From positions 70,375 to 134,374 of the forward strand of contig CAVOXU010000003.1 of assembly GCA_963700535.1 (NCBI GenBank): a stretch of DNA of 64,000 nucleotides, read 5' to 3'. Under the pieces are notes generated by a model that was not told the DNA's origin, searched no databases, and saw only the letters and a program-made list of their open reading frames with translations. Below, piece by piece: positions 51,459 to 62,453 of the stretch. This stretch comes from Chrysiogenales bacterium. Lineage in GTDB: Bacteria; Acidobacteriota; Aminicenantia; UBA2199. Position 1 is the first letter of the stretch, and each line of letters begins with the position of its first letter. Position numbers and translations under genes: made by a program.

Positions 51459-52347
51459 ATGATCCTCGATCGCCTCAGGCCTTTCGCGGTCAATATCATA
51501 CTGTTCTTGCTCACCGTGGTTTTCACCATGATCATCGGCGTGCAATACCATATCAGTTACCATGCCGTCACCCTGCCCGCAGGGATAGGCTTCTTCGCCT
51601 TTCTCTGGCAGCAACCCTTCCGCCTGGCTGTGGGGGCTTTCCTATTCGCTTTCATTGCTGGGCATTCTGCTGGTCCATGAAATGGGCCACTTCTCGGCCT
51701 GCCGTTTTCATCGCATCGAGGCCACCCTGCCGTATTTCATCCCGGCCCCGACCCTGATCGGCACCTTTGGCGCTTTCATCAAGATCAAATCGCCTTTTTC
51801 TTCCAAAAGGGCGCTTTTCGATGTGGGCCTGGCCGGTCCCCTGGCCGGTTTTCTGGTCTCCCTGCCGGTCATCACCCTGGGAATTTCGCAATCGCGGCTG
51901 GTAGCCAAAAGCGACCTGCAGTCGGGTCTGACCCTGGGTGAACCGCTGGTGTTCAAATTGATCAGCTGGCTGGTCCTGGGGCCGGCGGCCGGACAGTATG
52001 ACATCCTGGTCCACCCCATGGCTTTCGCCGGCTGGTTCGGTCTTCTGGCCACGGCGTTCAATCTCTTTCCCATCGGCCAGCTGGATGGCGGGCATATTCT
52101 GTATGCCCTGCTCGGCAAAAAAGCCTACTATGCCGGAGTCGCTTCAATCGCTTTTATCGTGTTGATGGGGATCTTTTTCTGGCAGGGCTGGCTTTTCTGG
52201 GCGCTGATCGTCACCCTGATCGGACTGCGCCATCCCCCTGTTTTCGAATACGAAAAACTTGATGCAAAAAGAAAAATATTGGCCGCTGTCGCCCTGCTGA
52301 TCTTCCTGCTCTCTTTCACCCCGGCCCCGCTGTCCTTGTCGCGCTGA
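51459..52347 (+). CDS. site-2 protease (M50) family, frameshifted near 51630
   Basis: 'HEMGH', 'LPYFIP', 'GTFGAFI', 'AGPLAG', 'NLFPIGQLDGGH'. The N-terminal TM part is in another frame. Confidence 0.88.
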
Positions 52348-52354
52348 ACCCGCT

Positions 52355-52383
52355 TTGAATATGGGCGGCGGCTGTGCTATGAT
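52355..52383 (+). promoter_or_regulatory. sigma70 promoter, probably leaderless, for lptFG
   Basis: TTGAAT, 17 bp spacer, TGcTATGAT, then 6 nt to ATG 52390. No SD. Confidence 0.55.
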
Positions 52384-52389
52384 TTCTCG

Positions 52390-54663
52390 ATGAAAAGGTC
52401 TTTCGACCGCTATATCCTGAAGGAAATCGCTTCTCCGTTCGCCATCGGCCTGCTGGTCTATACTTTCACCCTGCTGATCAACCAGATCCTTATCCTTTCC
52501 AAAACGCTGATCGCCAAGGGGGCTACGACCGGGACCGTTTTAAAGATTTTGCTTTATTTGCTGCCCGACCTGTTTTCCTTCACCATTCCCATGGCCACGC
52601 TGATGGGAGTGCTGGCCGGGATGAGCCGCCTGAGTTCCGACTCCGAGATCGTGGCTTTCCGGACCATGGGCATTCCCAATCGCCAGTTGCTCAAGCCGGT
52701 GCTGCTCTTTTCGCTGGCCACCTGGTTCGTTTCCTCCTGGCTGATCATGTTCCTGGCCCCGGAAGCCAATTATCGCTTCAGCAAACTGCATACCGGAGTG
52801 GTCCTTTCACAGACCATCTCCGGGATCAAGCCCGGAATCTTTTACCAGGACCTGCCGTTCTACAGCCTGTATTTTCGCGATCAGGACCGCGGCGGTGAAT
52901 GGCAGGATGTGTTCCTGTGTTCCATGAAAAATGCCGAGGAAGACACGCTGATCTTTGCCAAAAAAGGCAGATTCATCTACAAGCAGTTTCAAAAAGACAA
53001 CTACATCGTGCTGTACGACGGCGTGGTCCATAGTTTTAAAAAGAAAGACCCGCTCAAGTATTCCCTGACTTTTTTTTCCCGAAAAACCGAAAAGATCAGC
53101 AATATGATCACCATCCGCCAGACCAGGCGCAGCACGCAGCTGGTTTTTCCCGAGCTTTTGCGCAAATTGCGCGCCGACCCGGGCGACCTGCTTTTGAGCC
53201 TGGAATTCCACAAGAAATTCGCTTTGCCCTTTGCCTGTCTGGCGCTCGGCTTTCTGGGCATGTCGCTGGGTATTTCCACCCGCAAGGGCGGCAAAACCAG
53301 CGGCTTTGTCATCTCCCTGGGCATCATCTTCATTTACTATGTGATGATGACGGCCGGGCGCAACCTGATCCTGAAAAAAGCCATTTCCCCGTTCTGGGGT
53401 TCATGGGCGCCCACTTTTTTTCTGGTGGCCGTCGGCATCTGGCTCTACCGTTTTTCGGCCCGGGAAAAAGGGATCAATTGGGAAAAATTTTTCGCCTGGC
53501 GCTGGTTGGGAGGAAGAAAGCCCGGGTCCGGCCATGAGGCTGCCGCCAGTTTGAAAAAGCCGTTTTTTTTACGCTGGAATCCAATTAAAATACTCGACCG
53601 CTATGTGCTGCGGCGCATGTTCCTGATATTCTTCCTGGTTTTTTCCTCCCTGCTGATGGTTTTTTATATCATCAATATCCTGGAATTGATCGACAATGTC
53701 ATTGAAAACAAAGTCCCGTTTTCCTTTGTCCTGAAATATGATTACTATGCCACTCCGGAAATCGTCACCATCATTCTGCCCATTTCCATATTGACCGCCG
53801 TACTGCTCACTTTTTCCCTGATGAGCAAGAACAATGAAGTGATCGCGGTCCAGGTCAGCGGTATCAGTCTCTTTCGCCTGGCCTTGCCGGCGATTTTTTT
53901 GGGGTTGTTTCTGTCCCTGGCCGCCTTTTTTATCCAGGAAAATATCCTCCCCGAAGCCAACCGCCAGTCGGCCCGGATGCTGGACGTGATCCACAAGCGA
54001 AAATCGTACACGGACATCGAATTCGCCAGGAATTGGGTTCTGGGCAGTGAAAACAAGATCTATTTTTATAACTTTTATGAAAAGCGCCGCAAACGCTTCC
54101 TCAATTTCAATATTCTTTACCTGGATGGGCAAGGGCGGCTGCAGCAGCGCATCTCGGCGCTTTCCGCTTCCTGGCAGGGAGAAAATACCCTGCGGCTCAG
54201 AAATGGTTTTGTCAGGAGGTTTAAAGACAATTTTCCCCTGAATCAGCAGCTTTTCAAGGAAATGCAACTGCGCATCCGCGAAAATCATGATTATTTCACC
54301 CAAAAAATCAAGTTCTCGGGTGCCATGAACAGTAATGAACTGAAAGAATATATCCGTTTTTTGCAGAAAAACCGCAGCGATCCCCTGCGTTATCAGGCCC
54401 AGCTCTACAACAATTACGCTTTCCCGTTTTCAGCGCTGGTCATGGTTTTTATCGCCATCCCCTTTTCGTTCCTGATGGGCAACCGCGGCGCCCTTTTCGG
54501 CATTGGCATCGCCGTGGGCATTTCCATGATCTACTGGGGGGCGCTGGGCATTTTCAGCTCCATCGGCGCCACCGGGGTATTTTCCCCGCTGCTTTCGGCT
54601 TTCGCCCCCCTGATAATTTTTTCGATCATTTCCGGAATTTTGTTCCTGAAGATCAAAACCTGA
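52390..54663 (+). CDS. fused LptF-LptG LPS export permease
   Basis: Two tandem YjgP/Q modules: 'FDRYILKEI...RLSSDSEIVAF...KKFALPFACL' and 'LDRYVLRRM...SKNNEVIA...AFPFSALV'. Confidence 0.9.
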   Translation: MKRSFDRYILKEIASPFAIGLLVYTFTLLINQILILSKTLIAKGATTGTVLKILLYLLPDLFSFTIPMATLMGVLAGMSRLSSDSEIVAFRTMGIPNRQLLKPVLLFSLATWFVSSWLIMFLAPEANYRFSKLHTGVVLSQTISGIKPGIFYQDLPFYSLYFRDQDRGGEWQDVFLCSMKNAEEDTLIFAKKGRFIYKQFQKDNYIVLYDGVVHSFKKKDPLKYSLTFFSRKTEKISNMITIRQTRRSTQLVFPELLRKLRADPGDLLLSLEFHKKFALPFACLALGFLGMSLGISTRKGGKTSGFVISLGIIFIYYVMMTAGRNLILKKAISPFWGSWAPTFFLVAVGIWLYRFSAREKGINWEKFFAWRWLGGRKPGSGHEAAASLKKPFFLRWNPIKILDRYVLRRMFLIFFLVFSSLLMVFYIINILELIDNVIENKVPFSFVLKYDYYATPEIVTIILPISILTAVLLTFSLMSKNNEVIAVQVSGISLFRLALPAIFLGLFLSLAAFFIQENILPEANRQSARMLDVIHKRKSYTDIEFARNWVLGSENKIYFYNFYEKRRKRFLNFNILYLDGQGRLQQRISALSASWQGENTLRLRNGFVRRFKDNFPLNQQLFKEMQLRIRENHDYFTQKIKFSGAMNSNELKEYIRFLQKNRSDPLRYQAQLYNNYAFPFSALVMVFIAIPFSFLMGNRGALFGIGIAVGISMIYWGALGIFSSIGATGVFSPLLSAFAPLIIFSIISGILFLKIKT

Positions 54664-54767
54664 TCCTGCGGCCAGCGGGATAAAATCGGTCCCATGTTCC
54701 AAATTGGCCGCGAATATGGTAAGATTTAGCATCTTGATGGCCTATCCCCAAAAAACCGAGGTGTAGC

Positions 54768-55070
54768 ATGGAGAAGGAAGAACTAAAGGCGAACCAGGAT
54801 GCCCTTGAGCGGCGCGCCAAGAAAAAGCCGTCAGCAAAAAAGAACAAGCTGACCATGGTTCCTTTGTATTGCAAAGGCTGCGGCCTGTGCGTGCACATTT
54901 GTCCCACCGGCACCCTGCAGTTGTACGATGATCCCAAGAACAAATTCGGCGCTTCGGTGAAGATCGACGCCCCGGATTTCTGCATCGGCTGCAAGATGTG
55001 CGAGCTGCAGTGCCCCGATTTCGCCCTGTTTGTAAATTACGAGGAAGAAAAAAAGGAAGGTGGCCAATGA
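54768..55070 (+). CDS. korD: 2-oxoacid:ferredoxin oxidoreductase delta (4Fe-4S) subunit
   Basis: 'CKGCGLCVHICP' and 'CIGCKMCELQCPDFA', first gene of the kor cluster. Confidence 0.85.
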   Translation: MEKEELKANQDALERRAKKKPSAKKNKLTMVPLYCKGCGLCVHICPTGTLQLYDDPKNKFGASVKIDAPDFCIGCKMCELQCPDFALFVNYEEEKKEGGQ

Positions 55071-56194
55071 GTCAGCGCAAGGTTCTGCAGGGCAACATCA
55101 TCATTGCCAAAGCGGCTTTGGCGGCCGGCTGTGATTTTTTCGCCGGCTATCCCATTACCCCTTCCTCGGAAATCGCCCAATACATGTCCAAGGAAATGCC
55201 CAAAATGGAACGGGCCTTCATTCAAATGGAAGACGAGATCGCCTCGCTGGGCGCATGCATCGGCGCCTCTCTGGCCGGGAAAAAAGCCCTGACCGCCACC
55301 TCGGGCCCCGGCTTTTCCCTGATGCAGGAGCATCTCGGCATGGCGGTCATGGCCGAGGTGCCTTTGGTGATCGTCAACGTCATGCGCGGCGGCCCGTCGA
55401 CCGGCATGCCCACCAAGCCCTCGCAGGCCGACATGATGCAGGCGCGCTGGGGCACCCACGGCGACCATCCGATCATCGCCGTTTACCCGGCTTTTGCCGA
55501 TGAGATCTTCAGCGAGACGGTTCGCGCCTTCAACCTGTCTGAAAAGTATTGGAACCCGGTCATCATTTTATTGGATGAAGTCCTGGCCAAGGCCCATATG
55601 GACGTGGAGATCCCCGAGCCCGGCAGCTATGAGGTGTACTGGGAGAAGACCCACGAGATCAGCGACCTGAATATCTACGATCGCAATATCGGGGAAAATC
55701 CGCCCCGGATCGATTTCTTTCACAGCTACCCCATCCATATCGACAGCCTGGAGCATGACGCCCACGGCTGGCCTTCGTTCGATGCCAAGACGGTCGACAA
55801 GATGCAGAAACTGCGCATGGAAAAGATCTATCATAACCTGGATGACATCATCAAATACAAGGAATATTTCCTGGATGATGCCGAGGTCCTGGTCTTCAGT
55901 TTCGGCATTTCGGCCCGTTCCGCCCTGGCCGCGGTCAAAATGGCCAGGGAGCAGGGCATCAAGGCGGGGCTGTTCCAGGCCCTGACCGTCTGGCCCTTTC
56001 CCCGTGCCGCTTTGCAGGAACGCTTTAAAAACATCAAGAAAGTATTGACCGTGGAATTGAACATGGGGCAGATGAAGTACGAGATCGAACGCATTGCCCC
56101 GCCCGACGTGAAAAAGCAGACCCTGCTGCGCGCCAACGGCCTGCCTTTTTCCCCGGGTGAAGTCCTGGAAACCATCAAGGAGTTCGTCAAATGA
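55067..56194 (+). CDS. korA: 2-oxoacid:ferredoxin oxidoreductase alpha subunit
   Basis: 'FAGYPITPSSE', 'QMEDEIAS', 'TATSGPGFSLM', 'RGGPSTGMPT', 'VELNMGQ'. Confidence 0.93.
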   Translation: MSQRKVLQGNIIIAKAALAAGCDFFAGYPITPSSEIAQYMSKEMPKMERAFIQMEDEIASLGACIGASLAGKKALTATSGPGFSLMQEHLGMAVMAEVPLVIVNVMRGGPSTGMPTKPSQADMMQARWGTHGDHPIIAVYPAFADEIFSETVRAFNLSEKYWNPVIILLDEVLAKAHMDVEIPEPGSYEVYWEKTHEISDLNIYDRNIGENPPRIDFFHSYPIHIDSLEHDAHGWPSFDAKTVDKMQKLRMEKIYHNLDDIIKYKEYFLDDAEVLVFSFGISARSALAAVKMAREQGIKAGLFQALTVWPFPRAALQERFKNIKKVLTVELNMGQMKYEIERIAPPDVKKQTLLRANGLPFSPGEVLETIKEFVK

Positions 56195-57028
56195 GAGACT
56201 ACGAAAAATACATCCGTTACCGGACCTTCCCCACTCCCTGGTGCCCGGGTTGCGGGGACGGCGTGATTTTGAAATCCATCGCCATGGCTTTTGCCGAATT
56301 GAAAGTCGATCCCGACGACATCATCGTTATCGCCGGCATCGGCTGTTCCGGCCGCATGCCCACCTATTTCAACACCAACACCCTGCATACCACCCACGGC
56401 CGCGCCCTGACCTTTGCCACCGGCATCAAGCTGGCCAAGCCCGAGAAGCTGGTGGTGGTCGTTTCCGGCGACGGTGACGCCACGGCCATCGGCGGCAACC
56501 ACCTGATCCATGCCGCCCGGCGCAACATCGGCATCAAGATGATCCTGATCAATAACGGCATATACGGCATGACCGGCGGCCAGGTCTCGCCCCTGACCCC
56601 GCCCAAGTTCTTTACCGAAACAACCCCCTACGGCAACATCGAGCCCCATTTCCGAATCAGGATGCTGCTCTCCGCGGCCGAGGCCTCGTTCGTGGCCCGC
56701 GAGACCGTCAACAGATTGACGCAGCTGAAGCAGGTGATCAAGAAATCGTTCCTGCACAAGGGCTTCTCGGTCGTGGAAGTGATGAGCAACTGCCACGTCA
56801 ACCTGGGGCGGCGCAACAAGATGAAGAGCCCGCTGGTCATGACCGAATACATCAAGGACATCACCTGCAGCATGAGCCGAATTCGAAAAACTCTCTCCCG
56901 AGGAGCAGGAAAGCAAGTACCCGCTGGGTATTTTCGTGGAGAACACCCAGAGAGCGGAATATACCGACCTGTATTACAACCAGATCGTTCCCGTGGCCCA
57001 GAAGGCGGACGCCAAGGGGGAAAAATGA
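56191..57028 (+). CDS. korB: 2-oxoacid:ferredoxin oxidoreductase beta subunit, frameshifted near 56878
   Basis: 'WCPGCG', 'GIGCSGR', 'HTTHGRA', 'GDGD', 'NNGIYGMTGGQ'. Removing one base gives 'MSEFEKLSPEEQ...KGEK*' ending at 57028. Confidence 0.88.
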
Positions 57029-57561
57029 AGAAATATGAAATACGCTATGGCGCCGTCGGCGGCCAGGGCATCATCACCGCCGGGGCGCTGCTGGTGGACA
57101 TCGCCGTGGAGATGGAGAACAAGTTCGCCATCGAGAGCCCGACCTATACGGCCGCTGTGCGCGGCGGGCCGACCAAGGTCGACGTCATCATCTCCGATGA
57201 AGCGATCGACTTCCCCCACGCCCAGGCCATTGATTTCTTCCTATGCACCGATCAGAAGCCCTATGACATATACAAGGAACGCCTGAAGGACGATGCCATC
57301 GTGGTGGTGGATTCGCACCTGGTGCGCGAGCTGGGCGATACCAGGAACTGGAAGGTCTACCACGTGCCCATTATCAACGAGACCAAGGTGGGGGCGGGGA
57401 ACGTGGTGCTTACTTCGGTTGTCAGCCTGGCCCTCACCCAGAAAATGACCAATGTGATCAGCTACGATAACATGGTGGCCCATATCAAGCACTGGGCCCC
57501 GAAAGGCTCGGTGGAAATGAACATGAAGGCCATCGAGGTCGGGATGAACCTGATCAAATAG
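57025..57561 (+). CDS. korC: 2-oxoacid:ferredoxin oxidoreductase gamma subunit
   Basis: Own RBS (AAGGGGG) and ATG at 57025. '[12 protein letters not shown]', 'YTAAVRGG', 'NMKAIEVG'. Confidence 0.88.
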   Translation: MKKYEIRYGAVGGQGIITAGALLVDIAVEMENKFAIESPTYTAAVRGGPTKVDVIISDEAIDFPHAQAIDFFLCTDQKPYDIYKERLKDDAIVVVDSHLVRELGDTRNWKVYHVPIINETKVGAGNVVLTSVVSLALTQKMTNVISYDNMVAHIKHWAPKGSVEMNMKAIEVGMNLIK

Positions 57562-57562
57562 G

Positions 57563-58801
57563 ATGAACTTCCCCGCCGTTGCCGAACAGATCGACCTGCT
57601 GAAAAAAGGCGCCCTGGAGATCATCAGCAGCGAGGATCTCGAAAAAAAGCTCGCCCGTTCGCTGAAGACGAAAAAACCGCTGCTGGTCAAGGTAGGCTTC
57701 GATCCAACCGCTCCCGACCTGCACCTGGGGCACACCGTCCTGATCCGCAAGATGAAGCATTTCCAGGACCTGGGCCACACCGTCGTCTTCCTGATCGGGG
57801 ACTTCACCGGACTTATCGGCGATCCCAGCGGCAGGAACAAGACCCGGCCGCCGCTAAGCCAGGAGGAGATCGCGGCCAATGCCGAGACCTACAAGGAGCA
57901 GATCTTCAAGCTCCTCGACCCGCAAAAAACGCTGATCGATTTCAACTCGCGCTGGTTGGGCGCCCTGACCCCGGTGGAGATCATCAAGCTGACCGCCGCT
58001 TACACGGTGGCGCGCATCCTGGAGCGCGATGATTTTTCCAAGCGCTACAAGAACGGGGAGCCGATATCGGTCCATGAACTGCTCTACCCGCTCATGCAGG
58101 GTTATGATTCCGTGGCCCTGCACGCCGATGTGGAGTTGGGCGGCAGCGACCAGAAATTCAACCTGCTGGTGGGCCGCGAGCTGCAGCGCAACTACGGCCA
58201 GGAGCCCCAGGTGATCATCACCACGCCCCTGCTCGAGGGCCTGGACGGCATTCAGAAGATGAGCAAGAGCCTGGGCAACTACATCGGCATCCACGAATCC
58301 GCGGCTGAAATTTTCGGCAAGGTCATGTCGGTCAGCGACGAGTTGATGTGGCGCTATTACGAATTGCTGACCGATGTGCCGGCCCGGGAGATCGTCCGCA
58401 TCAAAAAAGATATTGAATGTGAAAAATTGAATCCCATGACGGCCAAGATCGACCTGGCCAAGTCGATCATCAGCGATTTCCATTCCGCGGCGGCGGCAAC
58501 GGCGGCCGAGGAGGAGTTCATCAGGATCTTCCGCAACAAGGAGACTCCCGATGATGTCCAGGTCCTGAACCTGGGCGCCGACGAAGCGCTGGTCGATTTC
58601 ATCGTGCGCCAGGGCATCCTGGCCTCGCGCGGCGAGGTCAAACGCGTCCACGCCCAGGGCGGCATCTACATCGACAACAAGCGCCCCGAATCGATCACCG
58701 TCACGCTGCGCAAGGGGAAATCCTATCTGCTGAAAATAGGCAAGAGAAAGTTCTATAAGATCGAGCCCCCAACGCCGGGACCTTCAGGGCCCGCCGCTTA
58801 G
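57563..58801 (+). CDS. tyrS: tyrosine--tRNA ligase
   Basis: '[13 protein letters not shown]', 'YPLMQGYDS', 'GGSDQKFN', 'KMSKS', C-terminal S4 domain. Confidence 0.98.
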   Translation: MNFPAVAEQIDLLKKGALEIISSEDLEKKLARSLKTKKPLLVKVGFDPTAPDLHLGHTVLIRKMKHFQDLGHTVVFLIGDFTGLIGDPSGRNKTRPPLSQEEIAANAETYKEQIFKLLDPQKTLIDFNSRWLGALTPVEIIKLTAAYTVARILERDDFSKRYKNGEPISVHELLYPLMQGYDSVALHADVELGGSDQKFNLLVGRELQRNYGQEPQVIITTPLLEGLDGIQKMSKSLGNYIGIHESAAEIFGKVMSVSDELMWRYYELLTDVPAREIVRIKKDIECEKLNPMTAKIDLAKSIISDFHSAAAATAAEEEFIRIFRNKETPDDVQVLNLGADEALVDFIVRQGILASRGEVKRVHAQGGIYIDNKRPESITVTLRKGKSYLLKIGKRKFYKIEPPTPGPSGPAA

Positions 58802-59532
58802 ATAGTCGCCAGTATCCGCTTGGCTTCCTTGCTGACCCGCATGTGGGCATCCTTGGTCAATTTTGATATGAATTCCCTGACCCGTTCGCGGTCCAGTTTG
58901 GTCAGGGCGTCCAGCAATTTCAGCCTGACTTCGACATTGGCATCGACCAGCAATTCGTTGATCTTATCGAAAAGCAGTTCGCTGCCGCGGTTGCCCAGAA
59001 CCTCGACGATCGCCGCCCGCGTGAACCAGATGGAATGGGGCAATTGATTCAGCAGCCTTTTTTCATCGAGCTGGGGCCGGGCCGATAGTTCCTTGACCAC
59101 CAATTCCCTGATCCTCAGGTTGTCCTCGGCCAGGAACGAGATCAGCATATCCTCGCCGGCCTGGCCGCTCTCGCTGACGATCAGTTTCACGTTTTGCAGC
59201 TTCCTTTCGTTATGCTGCTTTTTGACGATCTCGCGCATGGGAAAGAAACCAAAGCCGTTGTCGAAACCCTTTTCCTTCAGGGCTTTTTTGCAGGCCATGA
59301 TCACCGAACTGTCGGGGTGCTGCAGGAATTGCTTGTAGAAAGCGCGGTCGCGGAATTTCAGTTCGCGCAGGATTTTCAGGGCGCTGGCCAGGCATTTGGA
59401 CGAAACTTTTTTATTGACCGCGATCTCCTGCAGAAATTCAATGCGCCGGGTTGTTTCCAGCTGGGAGAATTGATCGGTTTTCAGGAACTTGATCTGGGCG
59501 GCCGGATTCAGTTTTAAAAAATCTTTTATCAT
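58798..59532 (-). CDS. HEAT-repeat protein
   Basis: Repeats 'HPDSSVI', 'EDNLRIR', '[12 protein letters not shown]', 'DANVEVR', 'DAHMRVS'. Confidence 0.75.
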   Translation of the reverse strand: MIKDFLKLNPAAQIKFLKTDQFSQLETTRRIEFLQEIAVNKKVSSKCLASALKILRELKFRDRAFYKQFLQHPDSSVIMACKKALKEKGFDNGFGFFPMREIVKKQHNERKLQNVKLIVSESGQAGEDMLISFLAEDNLRIRELVVKELSARPQLDEKRLLNQLPHSIWFTRAAIVEVLGNRGSELLFDKINELLVDANVEVRLKLLDALTKLDRERVREFISKLTKDAHMRVSKEAKRILATI

Positions 59533-59536
59533 GGCT

Positions 59537-60742
59537 TTACTCTAGCTTGTGGAGCAGGTGCCCCATTTTCTCTTTTTTGGTCTTCATGTAGTTCAGGTTT
59601 TCCTTGCCCGGGGCGATTTCCAAAGGGATGCGCTCGGCGATCTCCAGGCCGTAGCCGGCCAGGGCGATGTACTTGGCGGGGTTGTTGGTGATCAGCTTGA
59701 GTTTTTTCAGCCCCAGATGGCGCAGGATCTGGGCGCCTATGCCGTAGTCGCGCTGGTCGGCCTTGAATCCCAGCTTGACATTGGCCTGGATGGTGTCCAG
59801 TCCCGATTCCTGCAGTTTGTAGGCCTTGATCTTGCTGATCAGGCCGATGCCCCGCCCTTCCTGGTTCAACAGGTAGAGCAGCACCCCCCTCTTTTCCTTG
59901 CTGATCATTTCCATGGCGGTTTGCAGCTGCTTGCCGCAGTCGCAGCGCAGCGAGCCGAACGTGTCGCCGGTCAGGCACTGCGAATGGACGCGCACCAGCA
60001 CCGGTTCCTCGCCGCCCAGGTCGCCCTGGGTCAGGGCGATATGGGTCTCCTGCTGGATGTGGTCGACAAAGGTCTTGATGGTGAAATTGCCCCAGCGCGT
60101 GGGCAGGCCGGCGTCGGAGACCATTTCCACCAGGGAGTCGGTATTGACCCTGTACTTGATGATCTCCTCGATGGTGATGATGGGGATGGAGAACTTTTCC
60201 GAAAAAACGACCAGGTCGGGCATGCGGGCCATGGTGCCGTCTTCCTTCATGATCTCGCAGATCACCCCGGCCGGGTAGAGGCCGGCGATCTTGGCCAGGT
60301 CGACCGAGGCCTCGGTCTGGCCGGTGCGCACCAGCACGCCGCCGTCCCGGGCGCGCAGCGGGAAAATATGGCCGGGCCGCGACAGGTCCTGCGGCTTGGT
60401 CTGGGGATCGATCAGGCACTGGATGGTGACGGCCCGGTCGTAGGCCGAGATCCCGGTCGTGGTATTGTGCTTGGCGTCGACCGAAACGGTGAACGGGGTC
60501 TGGAAATGGGAGGTGTTGTCATGGACCATCAGGGGCAGCGCCAGCTCTTCGCTGCGTTTTTCGGTCATGGAGGCGCAGATCAGTCCGCGCGCCTCCTTGG
60601 CCATGAAATTGATGGCCTCGGGCGTGACCTTCTCGGCGGCGATCATCAGATCGCCTTCATTCTCGCGCTCTTCATCATCGACGATGATGATCATTTTCCC
60701 CTGTTTCAGGGTTTCAATTGCTTCCGGAACGGTAATGGTCAT
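59537..60742 (-). CDS. ribBA: bifunctional DHBP synthase / GTP cyclohydrolase II
   Basis: '[10 protein letters not shown]', 'TGISAYDR', 'RPGHIFPL', '[11 protein letters not shown]', 'RCDCG', 'QEGRGIGL', 'TNNP'. Confidence 0.97.
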   Translation of the reverse strand: MTITVPEAIETLKQGKMIIIVDDEERENEGDLMIAAEKVTPEAINFMAKEARGLICASMTEKRSEELALPLMVHDNTSHFQTPFTVSVDAKHNTTTGISAYDRAVTIQCLIDPQTKPQDLSRPGHIFPLRARDGGVLVRTGQTEASVDLAKIAGLYPAGVICEIMKEDGTMARMPDLVVFSEKFSIPIITIEEIIKYRVNTDSLVEMVSDAGLPTRWGNFTIKTFVDHIQQETHIALTQGDLGGEEPVLVRVHSQCLTGDTFGSLRCDCGKQLQTAMEMISKEKRGVLLYLLNQEGRGIGLISKIKAYKLQESGLDTIQANVKLGFKADQRDYGIGAQILRHLGLKKLKLITNNPAKYIALAGYGLEIAERIPLEIAPGKENLNYMKTKKEKMGHLLHKLE

Positions 60743-61349
60743 TTATAGGGTCCTGCCTTTGTTCGTCTTGAAAAAATTATATAGGTATTTGCCTATTAAA
60801 TCAAGCTCGATGTTGACGCGTTCGCCGACACGGAGAGAGCTTGCAGGTTGGTGGTGGCCAGGGTCTGGGGGATGGCCTCCACGGCGAACCAGGTGTCCTT
60901 GACCTCGGAGACGGTCAGGCTGACGCCGTTCAGGGCCACCGAGCCGCGCAGGATCAGGAATTTTTTCCACTCCCGGTCCTGAAAGGAAAAGAGCAGGCGC
61001 GAGGATTGCTGTCCCTTGCTGACGGCGCGCACGCGCACCGTGCCGTCGATGTGGCCGCTGACCAGGTGGCCGCCCAGGAGACCGTTCGGCCGCCAGCGGG
61101 GAACTCGATGTTGAGCGGCGCGCCGACGGGCAGGTCGCCCAGGTTGGAGAGGCGCAGGGTGGGCGCGGCCAGGTTGAAGCGCAGCAGGTCCTTTTTTTGC
61201 TCGACCAGGGTCAGGCAGACGCCGTTGACGGCCAGCGAGTCGCCCACGGCCAGCGGCCGGTCCAGGGCGGCGCGGATGGTCAGCACGGGCGGGTTCTTCT
61301 TTTCCAGCTTGACCAGGGCGGCGGTGGTTGCGATCAGACCGGTGAACAT
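60743..61349 (-). CDS. ribE: riboflavin synthase (alpha chain), two apparent frameshifts
   Basis: 'MFTGLI', '[12 protein letters not shown]', '[11 protein letters not shown]', '[12 protein letters not shown]', '[11 protein letters not shown]', spread across three frames. Confidence 0.9.
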
Positions 61350-62453
61350 TTTCTGAAACCTCTCATCATGGTGCCTCCGGCGTATGCGCTCCAGCGGCAA
61401 TCTCTCAATTCCAGGGCATCCTCGAGCCGGCTGACCCCGGAGGCGAAGATCTGCACCGCGTTGCGGCCGCCGACGATCTTGTCGGATATGAAAAAGGCCG
61501 CCTCGTCGAACAGTCGCTCGCGGATAAAGGAATCGAGGACCTGCCCGCCGCCTTCGACCAGCACTGAGGCGATGCCCAGTTTGGCCAGTTGCTCCAGGAC
61601 CTCGGCCAGGACCAGGCCGTGGGCGTCATGGCGCACGAAGAAATGGAGCGGGACCTTTTTTTTCCTGTTCGCGGCGGCGTTGGAACTGAAGATGACCAGC
61701 GGGAAATCGATCCTGGTCCTTGAATATGTTCAGCCGCCCGGGCAGCGAATTGGCCGAATCCAGCACCACGCGGTACAGGGTCTTGCCCTGCCAGCCCGGC
61801 TCGCGCAGGTTCAGCTGCGGGTCGTCGGCCAGGATGGTGCCGTGCCCGGCCAGGATGGCCGAGAACTCGCCGCGCAGGCTGTGGGAATAGCGCCGCCCTT
61901 CTTCCGAGGTGACCCAGCGCGAGTGGCCGGCATCGTCGGTGAGCTTGCCGTCCAGCGACATGCCGGCGTGCAGGGTCACGTAAGGAGTGGCGGTCTTGAT
62001 GAATTTCAGGTAATGGCGATTGACATATGCCGCCCAATCACTGCCGGGGCCGCAGCGGGTCGTGATGCCGTGGGTCCGCAGCCTGCGCATGCCGCTGCCG
62101 TTGACCAGGGGATTGGGATCGATCATGGCCATGACCACGCGCCTGACCTTTTTGGCGATGATCAGATCGGCGCAGGGCGGGGTCTTGCCGAAATGGCTGC
62201 AGGGCTCCAGGGTCAGGTACAGCGTGGTGCCGGGTACGTCCAGGTTTTCCAGGGCCATGGTTTCGGCATGCTGCGATCCGAATCCTTGATGGTAACCGCA
62301 GGATATGATTTTCCCGTTTTTCACGACCACGGCTCCGACCAGGGGATTGGGCTCGGTAAAACCCGAGCCCCGTTGGCTCAGTTTAAGGGCGATCTTCATG
62401 AATTTTTCATCATGTTTTTTGTTCTGGACGGCCGGACGGGTGTTGTTTTTCAT
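61334..62453 (-). CDS. ribD: bifunctional riboflavin deaminase/reductase, frameshifted near 61640-61700
   Basis: 'PNPLVGAV', 'HAE', 'TLEPCSHFGKTPPC', 'SLDGK', then 'VLVEGGG' in another frame. Confidence 0.9.

Noticed and set aside
56191-57561. Apparent KorB-KorC (beta-gamma) fusion
   Set aside because: Removing one base near 56878 restores a sensible beta C-terminus ending TGA 57028, overlapping a gamma ATG at 57025 that has its own RBS.
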